Origin: Guillardia theta CCMP2712
Lineage: Eukaryota > Protista > Cryptophyta
Length of the DNA: 64,000 nucleotides
NCBI RefSeq assembly: GCF_000315625.1
Contig: NW_005434669.1
Location: forward strand, 842,330-906,329
Reading direction: 5' to 3'
Numbering within the stretch: the stretch's first letter is position 1; each line of letters opens with the position of its first letter. The notes beneath the pieces are model-generated. The model was given only the letters and a program-made list of their open reading frames with translations. It was not told where the DNA came from and did no database searches. The position numbers and the translations under genes were made by a program. Shown here piece by piece: positions 24,393 through 35,927 of this stretch.

Positions 24393-27300
24393 ATGTTCAA
24401 GAAACCAGTGAAGCAAGCTTCTTCAAATCCTCTGGGAGGAAAGGAAACAAAGAAGGTACCGTGGACGAAGGGATAGATTGGTCCTCATGTAAATTTTTCC
24501 AAGCTCCGCGGAGATATCTTGAAGAAGTTTGATATCAGTGAGGGCGTGCTGGATTCTTTTTTCAGTGCAAAGGACAAGCTAAACATCGTCAAGCTCTCAG
24601 AGCCACACCCTCAAGCTTTGGTAAGTTCAATCCGAGCTCGAGCAACGAGAAGGTGGGGTTGACTGATGGGTTTGTCAAGGTTTACTGCAATGAAGATGAA
24701 CCATACTTCTGCGATCTCAGCGGTCTGCATGAAGCCACAATTGGCTGAGCCTACGAGTTGACAAGCCGATGCAGGCAAAGGGAGTCTGTTTCCAACCATA
24801 TATGCCATCTGGAAGTGCCCAACTCTCCTGCCGGCATTGCCAATCCAGGCAGAGCCTTCGTGACCTATCTTACAGGGTATGACTGAAGTTCACAGGCACC
24901 TGTAAGCAAGTTCGTGGTGAACGGAGCAGACCTGATGTTGCCGGGAGTGGCAGGTGTTGATCTCGTGAGGCGATCATGATGAGCGCTGAGTATGTTTGTT
25001 GTGCAGTGGGCGTGGAGGGCTGTGTTGTGCGAACTCCAGAAGACTTGCCCGACTTCGACAAGGTACAACTCAACGACCGATGGTGGTAGTACTGGCTGTG
25101 AAGAAGTGGACAATGAGGAGAGGGGGAAGGAGGAGGACGGGGAGCAGGAGGAGAAGGAGGCAAAGGACAGCTCGTTCAATCGTTAATGGGCATCTTCAGG
25201 GAGACTTGATGTTGATCTACTGTGTGGGCAACCCAATGCCGTTCGCCATTGGAGACATGCTGATGAGCAAGAAGGTTATGACGCTGACTGATACCAAGCT
25301 GCATGCTAATGCTGAGACAGGACGCAATCTCATCAGGCATGAAGGGGAAATGCATGCGGGTACTTCACACCTACAGGTACGTCCCAGAGGAGAAGGAGAT
25401 GGAAGGGGAAACAAGAGAGAGAATTTGCCCTGACTGAACCATTCACAGAGATTCGCTGTGGGAAAGTGGAAGCTCCCTTGCTCCACCCGTGAAGCCTCTA
25501 CTTGTGCTTGCCCATCCGTCTGATCTCTCCCTCTCCAGGGATTCTTGAGTGCTCCTGCGGATTCGGGAGCATGGGTGGAACCGGTCGAAGGAGGAGGCGA
25601 TCCAAGTTCAGCTGCCGGTCTTACGCAGGGGGAGGAGAAAAAGGAAGACAAGAACGACAAGGCGGAGAAGAAGCAGGAAGAAGCTGCCATGGAGAAGAAG
25701 ATGGAGACCCTGGCAGTAGGTGAGATGAAGTAAACTGCTTCCTCTCCGACTCACTGAGATATGGAGATGTTCTCCCTAGCATGGTTTTCTGATTCTTCTC
25801 ATGCTAGACTCACCTGCGAATGAGAAGTCGAAAGGAAATGCTTGGGGCTCGCTTTCTCCAGACGACATGGCATACGCAATGCTTCTTTGCGCGATCAAGA
25901 CCAGAATCCAGGTGTGTGAATCTTCCCATGGTTGTGTCTTCATACATTTGCTTCTCCTACCTAAGCTTTGACCTACTTCGTTTCCTCTGGTTCGCCTTCT
26001 TCTGACTGACCTTTCAGCCTTCCGACCTGCCTTGCGAGACATCGAAATTCCTTGCAAACTTCATGCAGGTATGCAATCTTACAACTCGTTGTACACCTCG
26101 TCCTCTCTACACCGTTGCCTGCTAACCTTCCCATGTCAGCCTGTGCTGCCGGAAGGCATGAAGTTAGACTTCAAACAGACTTCTTACAAGCAGCTGGGAA
26201 AGTTTCTCACCGCAATGGTGCTGCTCCTTCGGAGTCGTCAGTGTGTTGTCGTCTCATTGCCCTCCAGGAGAAGAAGAAGATTCTCAAGTGCAAGAAAGTC
26301 TTCGGGCAAGAAGTGAGTCCTGAGCTTGATTCGCGAATCCCAAGTCGCACCAAGAGAAATTCTTCCTTCCGTCTCCTCCCCTTCTCTTCCCCTTTTCCTG
26401 CTCGTCTCTCCATCTTGCATCTGCGTTCCCTTGCTGATGGTCCTCTAGTGCGTCAGTGAGGTCAACAAAGAGCATAAGGATGTGGTTGCGTACGAACCCG
26501 TGGAGGAGAGTGGGGGGGGAGGAGGAGCCGATGCAAGGTCTTCCTCCAAGTCAAGTAAGCCAAGCATAATTGAGGGATTCAAGCCCAACAACAACCTCGT
26601 TCCTATCCTGGGAGGAACGAAAGACACTTTCTACACTGAGGAGCAGGTGAGTCTGAGGGTTGTAGTCAAGGATGCAGCTTGCAAGCTCCTCTGCTCCTAT
26701 CATCTTTTGTTCTTGTCACCTCAATCTTCACATGCAGTCTCAGTCTCTTCTTGGTTCTTGTTACTCACGCTCTCGCAGGTTGTTGATAGAATCAAGGCTT
26801 ATGGTGACGCAAACAAGTTGCTGGAGGACGGAAAGATCAAGGTTTGATATCCGCTTCTTCTGTGCCCTCCATGCGACTTGTCACGATCTTCAGGTGGATG
26901 AGTGTATGATATCAAACTTGTATGTGAAGTTCAAGGAAGAGGAACGTCCAGCCTTGGTAAGACACACTTGGCAATGGTGGTTCTGCGATCTGAAGAGGAC
27001 GATAACGATGATGGGGATGATGATGATTTTCCTCATGTTGTACTCCTGTCTCAATGGAGTTATGATGCTTGATTGCTTGGCTCCTGTATTTTTGTCGTTT
27101 CTAGTGCTCAAGACGATTTGCAGGGATCATTCATCACGATTGAGAAATGTCTAGACCATATGAAACAGCAGGTCCAAATTTGCTAGTGGGTTGCACATCT
27201 TTGCTCAAGGATACAATCTTTCTAGATGACGGATTGGCACTCTGTAGAGATTGATGGGCAGCAGCATATCAAGAAGGGCAAACCGCAGAAAGTGAAGACA

Positions 27301-27963
27301 GTGTGACTTGGTGCTAATGTCTGAACCTGAACAATCAGGTGTCCATCACCGTGGAAGATCGTCAGGGAGGACGGAAAGCTGCAACCATTGTGAGCTACTC
27401 CTCTCCTTGCTCTTCTTGTTCTTTGCTGACCTGTCTCGTGCCATCTAGATTCGGAATCTGGAAAGCATGTCTATAGATCCAGGTATCAGCATCATACTTG
27501 AATTACAAAGTTGATCGAGTTGCTTCCTGCAGACGCGTTCGCAAAGCTTGTTCAGAAGAAATTCAGCACGAGGTGAGATGAATGTCTTTCTTTAAAGAAT
27601 CTGCTTGCTGTTGTTGGATGCGAACTTTACTCCTCTTGTCCCCGGCGCATGTCGTTGTGCTCTCTATGACTTGGAATGTTTCTCAGCGCTAGTGTGGCTC
27701 CGCTCCCTGGCAAGAACGAGACTAGGGTTGAGGTGAAATTCCGCTATGTCCTCCTCCACTCTTCTTTTCCTTATCTCTTGGCTTCGTCCAGACTCACACT
27801 TTATCTCGACAGGTCAACCTGCAAGGGAACCTTCTCCACGACATGGAAGAGTTCTTGCAGAAGGTGCGGAGCTGATGTGAAGAACTGGAAGTTAGTGAGT
27901 CCTGCGCAGGAATACAAGGTGACCCAGGACTTCATCATTCTCACGGACAAAACAAAGAAGTAG
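24393..27963 (+). CDS. EIF2D: Eukaryotic translation initiation factor 2D (ligatin): PUA, SWIB-like and SUI1 domains
   Basis: MFKKPVKQ..LGGKETKKLR; LFPTIYAIWKCPTLLP; VSKFVVNGADLMLPGV; LDFKQTSYKQLGKFL; SUI1 IKKGKPQK|VSITVEDRQGGRK..SASVAPLPGK..VNLQGN; ends TDKTKK* at 27963. Confidence 0.92.
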
Positions 27964-28174
27964 AAAACGACGTTTTTCAGACATTTCACTCGTTTTGTTC
28001 CTCGTTTCCTAAAACTTTGAACTGTCTGCTTCGTCAGTCCAGACACATTTCTACCTTGTCCACTGGATTTATTCTAAACATGGAGAATTTCGTTGGAGAA
28101 TTTCGTTCTTGTCCTAAATTACAGCGGTGTCGATGACTCGCTCTGTACATTTGGTTGATCTGATGGCAGGTAGT

Positions 28175-28480
28175 TTACAGCTGGGAAGGAATCCCGTCAG
28201 CAGTATGCACAATGGCATGCGCCTCTATCAAAATCCTTGCAGCGTTCAGTGCCTCCAACTGCCTTGCCCGGGTCGGGGTGGATCCGATGGGCCGCCCTGT
28301 CATAATGGTAGGGTCTTCAGATAAAGGAGAGGTGGGAGCTGTAGCTTCACAGCCAGCCTCGGGTGATGGCAGTCGTTGTGCGGTTATGACCTCGTCTTGT
28401 ATTGCCATAGTTGTATCGGCCCAACGATGGTTTGCGGTGCTCAGGAATTCATCTTCTTTTCTCGCAAGGAGCTTCTTCAT
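28175..28480 (-). CDS. Small intronless hypothetical protein (~101 aa)
   Basis: ORF MKKLLARKEDEFLSTANHRWAD..ADGIPSQL preceded by a pyrimidine-rich leader like other genes here; no recognised domain. Confidence 0.4.
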   Translation of the reverse strand: MKKLLARKEDEFLSTANHRWADTTMAIQDEVITAQRLPSPEAGCEATAPTSPLSEDPTIMTGRPIGSTPTRARQLEALNAARILIEAHAIVHTADGIPSQL

Positions 28481-28909
28481 CTCGGTTTCAGCAGGTAGAA
28501 ACAAGGGATCGTCACAAGACAGAGGATGACGGATAGAGGGGAAGGCGGGGAGACGGGGAGAGAGGATAAGAAGAAGCAGGGAAGTTACGAGAGGGCGGAC
28601 TGATCGGGGCGACGAGATATAATAGTGCTTTCCTCGTGATGTGGAATTCGAAAAGAGATGGTTTCAGGGACTTGGGGTCACGACTTTCACTTTGACCCCT
28701 TCAGCAGCCACAACATCGTGGCTTTTGAATAAAGTTGGAGTCTCAAGATCGCAGCCAATTCCCCAAGTTCAATGGTGAAAAAGCCGAGCCTCGGAGAGAA
28801 AAACATTTATCTCAGTTAAACACGATCGAAGTCACGGCACCAGAAGGGTCACGGACCATCACTACGTGACAGACGCGGCAACAGCAAACGAACTTGAATC
28901 GGTTGACCG

Positions 28910-29475
28910 CTGCGCCGGGCCCACGCGATCTGTTGCCAACTATTCGGAGTAAACCTGAGTATCAATTATCCCCGCCGGGAGGCCCGGCCGTACCGTAGTA
29001 CTACTACCTTAGGCCGGGCTCAGTCCTGTCCGTCGGCCCTCCGACTCACTGAGTCAGCGCCGCCCCGGGCCGGGCCGCGGGGGGCCGCGGGCGGCTACTA
29101 GTACGTCAGGCGTACTGAGACTGGGCCCGGCGACGCCGGTCAGAGGCCGGGCTGCGGCCACGGAGTCGCTGGCTGAGTGGCTGAGCCAGGCCTGCGGCAC
29201 CGGGTGACCGGCGTTCCGGCGAGGCACTGAGCGTCGCTGAGGAACTTTCAAATTTCAAGTTTCGAATCCGCCGGCCCCGGGTCGGCTGAGGCTGCCACGG
29301 CTGCCTCAGTCACCCGGGGGCCCGGTATGACACTGAGAGGCCCGCCGGGGCCGGGCCGGGCCGCCGGGCCGAACTTCGGAAGTTTCAACGCCGGCCCCAG
29401 CCCGTCGGTCTGTCCGGCCGCCGGGCGGACTCAGTGTCGCCGGAGAGTCTGCCTCAATTAGCGACCGTCCGGCTT
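28910..29475. promoter_or_regulatory. Intergenic GC-rich palindrome island D
   Basis: GTAGTACTAC at 28995-29004; GACTCA-C-TGAGTC at 29043-29055; GAACTTCGGAAG; GGCTGCCTC motifs. Confidence 0.55.
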
Positions 29476-30195
29476 TTGAATGAATGTTCCCCGAAATAGA
29501 ACAAAAAAGAAGGACCCAACCCCTTGTACAAGTGATGAAGTGATAACCCCTACCCCCTTCACAGTATCAATCCGAGGCTCACCATCATAATAGCATAACC
29601 TCTACCCAACAGGCTGTTTCTGTACCGGCACACCACCCCCACCTACTCTACAGACGACAACCACACCGGGGTAAAGAGGTCTGCAACCCACCGCTGGGGT
29701 AACCCAACTAATGGAGTACCCCTACCCCCTATCAGCATCGGGAAGCATTTCATATAAAAAAGTAGATGGACCCCAACACCTACCCCCACCATCTAAAATA
29801 CTGTAGAAACTACCGGTGTGGTGACCTTCCGTTCCTCGCAAGCACCCGACACCACTGGACAGGATTCGTTTGTTAGCTTCCTGCCATGAATGAGAAGCTG
29901 AGGAGATCGCGCTCCTCCTCCTCCTCCTCGTCCTCGTCCTCCTCCTCGTCCTCCTCCTCGTCCTCCTCCTCTGACATATCTTCCTCGTGAGAGGCAGAAA
30001 TTCAAAGTCGTGAGTTACTGTCACAGTCTGCTCAAGGCATCCCTCGACGCCTGTAATTCTAGTGACACTAGCTCTGACAAGACAGCGCGATTGTCTTTCC
30101 CAGCAGGCAGCAAGTGCATTATATCTTGACTCACAATTCCATTGTGAAACTTGAATCGGACCAACTGTACCCCGCCATCGCAGCATTGGGTACGC

Positions 30196-30924
30196 ATGAT
30201 GGTAGCACGTGAAGTTAGCTCGCTACAAAAATGGTACGCAGTGCGACGCGGCAGGAACGTTGGGATTTTCTCTACCTGGGAGCAGGCACGTGAACAGATC
30301 AAAGGGCTGGACTGGGCTGAGATGAAAACCTTCGAGCGTACTTCGATGGTCGATGGAGCTGTAGATCGTGGTTTGTTGTCAGCAAAGATCTGGCTTCGCA
30401 GTGGTCAGAATGAGGAATGCGCGAAGCATGCTCCACAAACTGCTCCCATTGTACGGGAGTTGAATGCAGTACCTTTCCACAAATTACCAGAGAAAGTCCC
30501 AGATCAGGTTTCCTGTGAACAGGATGAGCTAGTTGTTAATCCCAGCTGCTTTGCTCTGAAGGCCAATGTAAGCCCCCTGTTGGCAAGCGCTTACACTTTT
30601 GGAATGTATCATGCTGTCAGACTGAATTCTGCCGATAGTGCAACCAACTGCTACAGACAAGTTGCAAGAAAGTTGGATGAGCAAAGGAAGCGAGGTTGTG
30701 AGGACGTCATCCGACTGAAGTCGATAGAGAGCTTGAAGAAGTTCGATGGAATCAAGTTGGGCGGGAAGAAAAGGAGAGTTGACTGTCAAGAAAATATCCT
30801 GCCCTCATCGGACAGTGATGACTCCATGCGGACAACGATGGCCTCATCCCCAACTGAGCTTACCACCAAATCGCGCAAGTCAGATCTGATTAACTTCTCA
30901 AGGAAGGTGCAGTTTGTGTTTTAG
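30196..30924 (+). CDS. Intronless protein with an N-terminal RNase H1-type RNA/DNA hybrid-binding domain (Cauli_VI family); no recognisable RNase H catalytic domain
   Basis: KWYAVRRGRNVGIFSTWEQAREQIKGLDWAEMKTF matches the YAVxxGRxxGIFxTWxEC..V.G..A..KxF consensus; basic NLS-like GGKKRR. Confidence 0.8.
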   Translation: MMVAREVSSLQKWYAVRRGRNVGIFSTWEQAREQIKGLDWAEMKTFERTSMVDGAVDRGLLSAKIWLRSGQNEECAKHAPQTAPIVRELNAVPFHKLPEKVPDQVSCEQDELVVNPSCFALKANVSPLLASAYTFGMYHAVRLNSADSATNCYRQVARKLDEQRKRGCEDVIRLKSIESLKKFDGIKLGGKKRRVDCQENILPSSDSDDSMRTTMASSPTELTTKSRKSDLINFSRKVQFVF

Positions 30925-31121
30925 TTATGTCCCTACTATCATTTCTATTCAACATTCCATTCCATTATTCTTTTCTACTTTAAACTATCCTTGTTCAAGT
31001 CCTTTAAACATATTAAACTTTCATTGAACTTGAATAGATTCTGATTTGGTGATGGATTGCGCATGCATAAATTCATGGCTTCATTGCACATACCGCATTT
31101 ACAGACAAACTACAGCAAGTT

Positions 31122-32003
31122 CTAATAGAAAGGATGGCTCTGGAGCCAGGCATGTCCATCGTCAGGTCCATTCACTCCATCGTAGGCAATGAAGTAAGTA
31201 GGCGATCTGCGACACCTGGATCAGATGAACAGATACCCAGCCATGTGTATGTAGCATACTTATCAAAGGACAAAGAAAGAATTTAAAGAACACAAAACTT
31301 ACCCAATTTCGTTGTCGACACCAACGTAACCAGAGTTCTTCAAGGTTGCCTAGTTATGAAGTTAAATCGAGCCGATGCATGCAGCAAGCGAGCGCTTACA
31401 GGTGAGAGCTCGTATGGCTGAGTGTAATCACCGGCTCCCCAAGTCTCAATGGTCGGGTTCACATGTGGCATCCCAAAGGGAGGCTGGAGAAAAAGGAGTA
31501 AGCAATGGTTGTGACTTGACAAAGAATGTGCACATTCATCGGGATACGGATAAATATTCCTCCTGAACGGAGGGGATATTGCACATGATATCACGATTTC
31601 TGGTCGTCTGATGATCATCGATGCTCCAAACCATCCGATATCATCATCAGGGATACGAATTTCAGGATACAAACATATTTCACGAATCTGGTGCAGCAGA
31701 AAGCGTTCTATCCGTGATGCAGGTTACAATCAAGCCCGAGAACATGACAAGAAGACAAATACTTCTATTTTTTACATCAATTCTTTTGCAGCACTTCTAC
31801 ATTGTACATCAATTCTTCATCAATACTTCTAGATTCCACATCAATTCTCCATCGCATACTGATGGTTCTTTTGCTTTACCTGCCCAGCGAACAAGCTTCT
31901 CATCGGCCAAACCAGCATATTCCACGGCTTTTCGTTCAGCAAATTCAAGTACCCCTCTTTTGAGAGAAAAGAGCGGGGTACAAGGTTTGATGAACCACTG
32001 CAT
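31122..32003 (-). CDS. Hypothetical multi-exon protein; 3' exons well supported, start uncertain
   Basis: PPFGMPHVNPTIETWGAGDYTQPYELSP|ATLKNSGYVGVDNEIG|CRRSPTYFIAYDGVNGPDDGHAWLQSHPFY* joined by GTAAG..AG introns in consistent phase. Confidence 0.5.
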
Positions 32004-32912
32004 TTTTTTGATAGGTAGGGGTAATAGATGACCGGTTCAGATCCTTGGAATCAATAGAATATTTCTGGATGGGGTAGGGCAAAATAAAACAATACCAGGG
32101 GTAGGTTATCTGTTGACTCCAGACGCAAATCCGCACGTGGTGCATCGAGGTAATGGCGGCGAGTATGTGTTAAAGAGGGAAGGAAGGGGACGGGGATGGG
32201 TTTGGGGATGGGGATGGTGAGACAACAAACAAAGAGATATTGATGATTAATGTGATCATTGTATTTCTTGAGGAATACCTAGGCATTGAATATATTGATG
32301 CATCTGTGCATGATTCTGCGCAAGAAATGTTTACGAACTTCCCATGTGTATGCTCTTTATGCCAAACAATGCACCTGGCAGAAACCCCATGCCGAAAGCT
32401 CGCTGTGGCTGGTGTGGGGCCTTTGAAAGGTTGCTAGAGAGACGGTTGCAACTCCGTGGACGCCTCCCTCGCCATGAAGGCCTCCTCTCGAATGCTCCCT
32501 ACACACTTGCTCCCCTGTTCACACTTGAAAGACAATGATGCTTATGTGTCTGTCCAGGAGTGTTTGTTTGTCTGACATATTTTGTCTTGAAAGGTGCCCC
32601 TGGATCATGCAAGTTGGAATTCGGAATTGTTATATCAATAAATATGTATCACAACAAGAACGTGTCCTGAGGTACTGAGATTCCACCCAAATCCTTGGCA
32701 TCATCAAATCTCTGGCTCGCAGCTGGATCAGAGCTTATCTTGCTGGGAGTTAGCTCACAGCTGAAACTACGCAGCTCCCACTCCATCAACCATAGCAGTT
32801 GGAAGATGCCTGGGAATCAAGTTAGCAATGGCAGAAAACAACGAAAGAGAAAACCTTGGCACTGATCGATTCTGCTGCCTTTGACCTTCTCATCGCCTGC
32901 GATGTTTGGTGA

Positions 32913-35180
32913 TCATTGGCACCAATCACAGAGTGGGCTAAAGTAACTAACCAAGTCCGAAGGGAGAAGCCTTCTGTTCTGCTCCTGCACGCTCCTCTTT
33001 GCAATCTCCTGCAATGCTCTGGATCCGAAGCTTTCCGACAAATTGCTTTGTGATTTCAGCAAAGTAGACGCCATGGCAAAACCATTCGTGGCCTTGCTTC
33101 CATGAAAAACAGAGGATTTCGCACCATGGCTCTTACTTGAAAAGCTCGATTGCTTCTTCCCAGAATAGTTGGGTCTGTTGCTGTCGTCGGAATCATCGTC
33201 GCTATCATGTATTCCATGCGTCTTCTTCAGCAATCGGCGCCGCAAAGCATTTCCTTCTTCGATTCGGGGCTTTTTCCTCGAGGAGTTCCTCAGCTCATTG
33301 TCACTGTCTTCGTCTGAGCAATAAAGTCCAGCTTGTTGCTTTTTGGGAAGAACATCTTCGTCTGAAGAATGTGCATCTCTCCAGTCCGCCTTTCTGCGAC
33401 CATAGCCCACTCTTTGATTCTTGATGTCTGCCATGGCCAGGATAGACTTACTAGCCTTCTTTGGATCGATACAAGCATCACAGGTCCTTTTGCATATGTC
33501 TTGTTTGCAGAATTCGCCAAAGAACTCCAAGATTGTTCTCCTCCTGCACTTAGGTGATTCGCACATCTGAACAAGTGCATGAAATGAGGCATTTCGTGAC
33601 TTTCCCACGGCATCGTCTTGAGGGATTGAACCCTTTGTTTCCTGCATCTTTTTCCTGAAGGACTCCTCCTGCTTTGACATCAAAAATTCATGGCATGACT
33701 TGTCATCTTCAGAATAATATAATACGCTAACGGAAGGTTTTCCATCCCGTCCTGCTCGCCCAGATTCCTGGTAAAAACTTTCCATAGATTTTGGCATAGT
33801 TTGATGTATGACAAAACGCACATCTGCTTTGTCGATCCCCATTCCAAAAGCTACTGTAGCAGCTACAATGTGTATTTTCCCCTCAGTCCAATTCTGAAGA
33901 ATCTCAGAGCGCTCGTCATTCTTAAGTCCAGCATGATATGCTTCAATAGAAAATCCCTTGCCTTTCAGGTACATTGCAATTTCAGAGCATTCTGTCCGTT
34001 TAAAACAATAAATGATCCCACATTGGCCCTTCATTTTTGAAAGAAATCTCGCAATGTCACCTTGAACATCGGAGTCAGGGACTTGTTCTTTGAAGCGCAC
34101 TTCATATGTGATGTTTGGTCGATTAAATGTGGCTATCAGAAACTCCGGGTTGTTCAACATCAAGGTTGAGGCGATGTCGTCACGCACTCGCTTGGTCGCT
34201 GTAGCTGTCAAGGCAATCACAGGAACCTTTGAGTAGAACCTCTTGAGAATGGATAGTTTTCTAAATGCAGGTCGAAAATCATGACCCCATGAAGATATAC
34301 AATGGGCCTCGTCAATTGCAAAGAGAGATAGCTTGTTTTGCTCGTTCAGTCTGTTCAAATATGGAAAAAGCGTTGAGCCACTCAGTGCCTCGGGTGTTAC
34401 GTAAAGAAGTTTAATCGGGGAATGTTTGATGGCCCCTTCTGCAGATACCTTTGCAGCCTTGGTCTCCGAGGTTTGGGACCCTTTTGAATTGAAATCAGGA
34501 CACAATCGATGGAGAATGTTTCTTGTCTCGGTCGGGGACAAGGTTGAGTTCAGAAGTACAGCATCGATACCCTTTTCTCGCAGCGAAAATACCTGATCTT
34601 GCATGAGAGCAATAAGTGGAGAAATGACAACTGTGACTCCTGGAAGAACCAGTGCTGGCAGCTGATAGCATAAACTTTTCCCACCTCCAGTTGCAAGGCA
34701 GACAATGACATCTTTCCCCCCCAGCACGTTATGTATCGCTTCTTTCTGAAGTGGACGGAAATCACTGAGTCCAAAGGCTTGTTTGAGCAGAAGGTTTGCA
34801 GCTTCGACCCTGCTATGTTTGCCATTCAACCCTGAGAAATCATGGAATTGCTTTGAGATAGTCACGTTATTCACACTTGTAGGGGCTTCCTTCTTAGAAT
34901 CCGCCTTTGGCTTCGACGCCGAGAGAGGCAAGTCGTCTTCACTATCGGAAATAATACACATGTTATTCGAGACTTTTTTGGTCTCCTTAACCCCATTCAC
35001 ATTCAACTCGGGGGGATCACGTTCTGGAGGAGCCAGTTTCCTTTCTGGTTCCCCATTGAACGTGGGAATCTTTGCACCTGCCTTATTCGCCTGTTCCTCC
35101 TTCTTCACTGCACTTTGATCGTTGAAGTAGTTGCTGATCAGATTCTTTTGATTTGCTTTCTTGGGAGCGTTCTTACCCAT
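32913..35180 (-). CDS. RECQ: RecQ-family DNA helicase; additional small 3' exons likely below 32913
   Basis: Motif 0 FGLSDFRPLQ, Walker A ATGGGKSLCYQLP, DEAH box FAIDEAHCISSWGHDFRP, ATVAFGMGIDKADVRFVIH, YQESGRAGRDG, RQC zinc ligands CRR..CKRTCDAC; no winged-helix or HRDC recognised. Confidence 0.96.
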   Translation of the reverse strand: MGKNAPKKANQKNLISNYFNDQSAVKKEEQANKAGAKIPTFNGEPERKLAPPERDPPELNVNGVKETKKVSNNMCIISDSEDDLPLSASKPKADSKKEAPTSVNNVTISKQFHDFSGLNGKHSRVEAANLLLKQAFGLSDFRPLQKEAIHNVLGGKDVIVCLATGGGKSLCYQLPALVLPGVTVVISPLIALMQDQVFSLREKGIDAVLLNSTLSPTETRNILHRLCPDFNSKGSQTSETKAAKVSAEGAIKHSPIKLLYVTPEALSGSTLFPYLNRLNEQNKLSLFAIDEAHCISSWGHDFRPAFRKLSILKRFYSKVPVIALTATATKRVRDDIASTLMLNNPEFLIATFNRPNITYEVRFKEQVPDSDVQGDIARFLSKMKGQCGIIYCFKRTECSEIAMYLKGKGFSIEAYHAGLKNDERSEILQNWTEGKIHIVAATVAFGMGIDKADVRFVIHQTMPKSMESFYQESGRAGRDGKPSVSVLYYSEDDKSCHEFLMSKQEESFRKKMQETKGSIPQDDAVGKSRNASFHALVQMCESPKCRRRTILEFFGEFCKQDICKRTCDACIDPKKASKSILAMADIKNQRVGYGRRKADWRDAHSSDEDVLPKKQQAGLYCSDEDSDNELRNSSRKKPRIEEGNALRRRLLKKTHGIHDSDDDSDDSNRPNYSGKKQSSFSSKSHGAKSSVFHGSKATNGFAMASTLLKSQSNLSESFGSRALQEIAKRSVQEQNRRLLPSDLVSYFSPLCDWCQ

Positions 35181-35927
35181 CGTCACTGAAAACTGCTGCC
35201 TATCTCCGGTCACAAGATCCCAACCATAATCATGTTCGCGTCAAGATCCGCCAGGACTTGAAGAACATCTCCTCATCTCTGTCGAAGAAGAATCATACAG
35301 TCTCTACATATCTCTCCTCATCATCATGCTGCCGCTTCCCATCCCCGTGCCATCGCACCCTTGGGATGGCCGGGGCCACAAACTGCATTGTAAAGCGCGG
35401 GAAAGGCAAATGTCTTCATAGGGGGTCGGGGTGATAGGTTTTGGAAGCATCACCGGTACTATTGATGTTAAAACAGGGGGTGAATGATAAATTAGCATGG
35501 GATCCGGGAACTCTAGGCGTGGAATTAATTTCAAATCTGGGAGGGCGTTTTCAAATTCAATTTGCGGTGCGTTCAAACTTAGACATAGATCTCTTTGTCG
35601 AGATCGGGCGCAAGGATGGGACGAGAGGAGGAAGGATAGAGCAGGGAAGGGCAGGGAAGGGCACGGGACTGGAGAGGACAGAGCAGAACAAGATATCGCA
35701 TCAGCGCAGCACAGCAAATGACCTGTCATGATGCTAGGTGCCAGCCCAGAAGGAACTAAGAATGTATCTTCCTTGGATTGTTCAGCAGTCGGGAAAGAGA
35801 CGGGGAGTGAGGCTTTCAGAAGAGTGCATTTGAAAACTGCACCCAGTCACTGAGACGAGACAGAGCATCTTCTAAAAGGAGATATCGATTGAATCCGTTG
35901 GATTGGCAGATCAATCCCGTCGATTGA

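Noticed and set aside
28212-28529. GVDPMGRPVI motif suggesting a CRAL-TRIO/BCH domain on the plus strand
   Set aside because: Isolated short match with no flanking domain sequence; antisense to a more plausible minus-strand ORF
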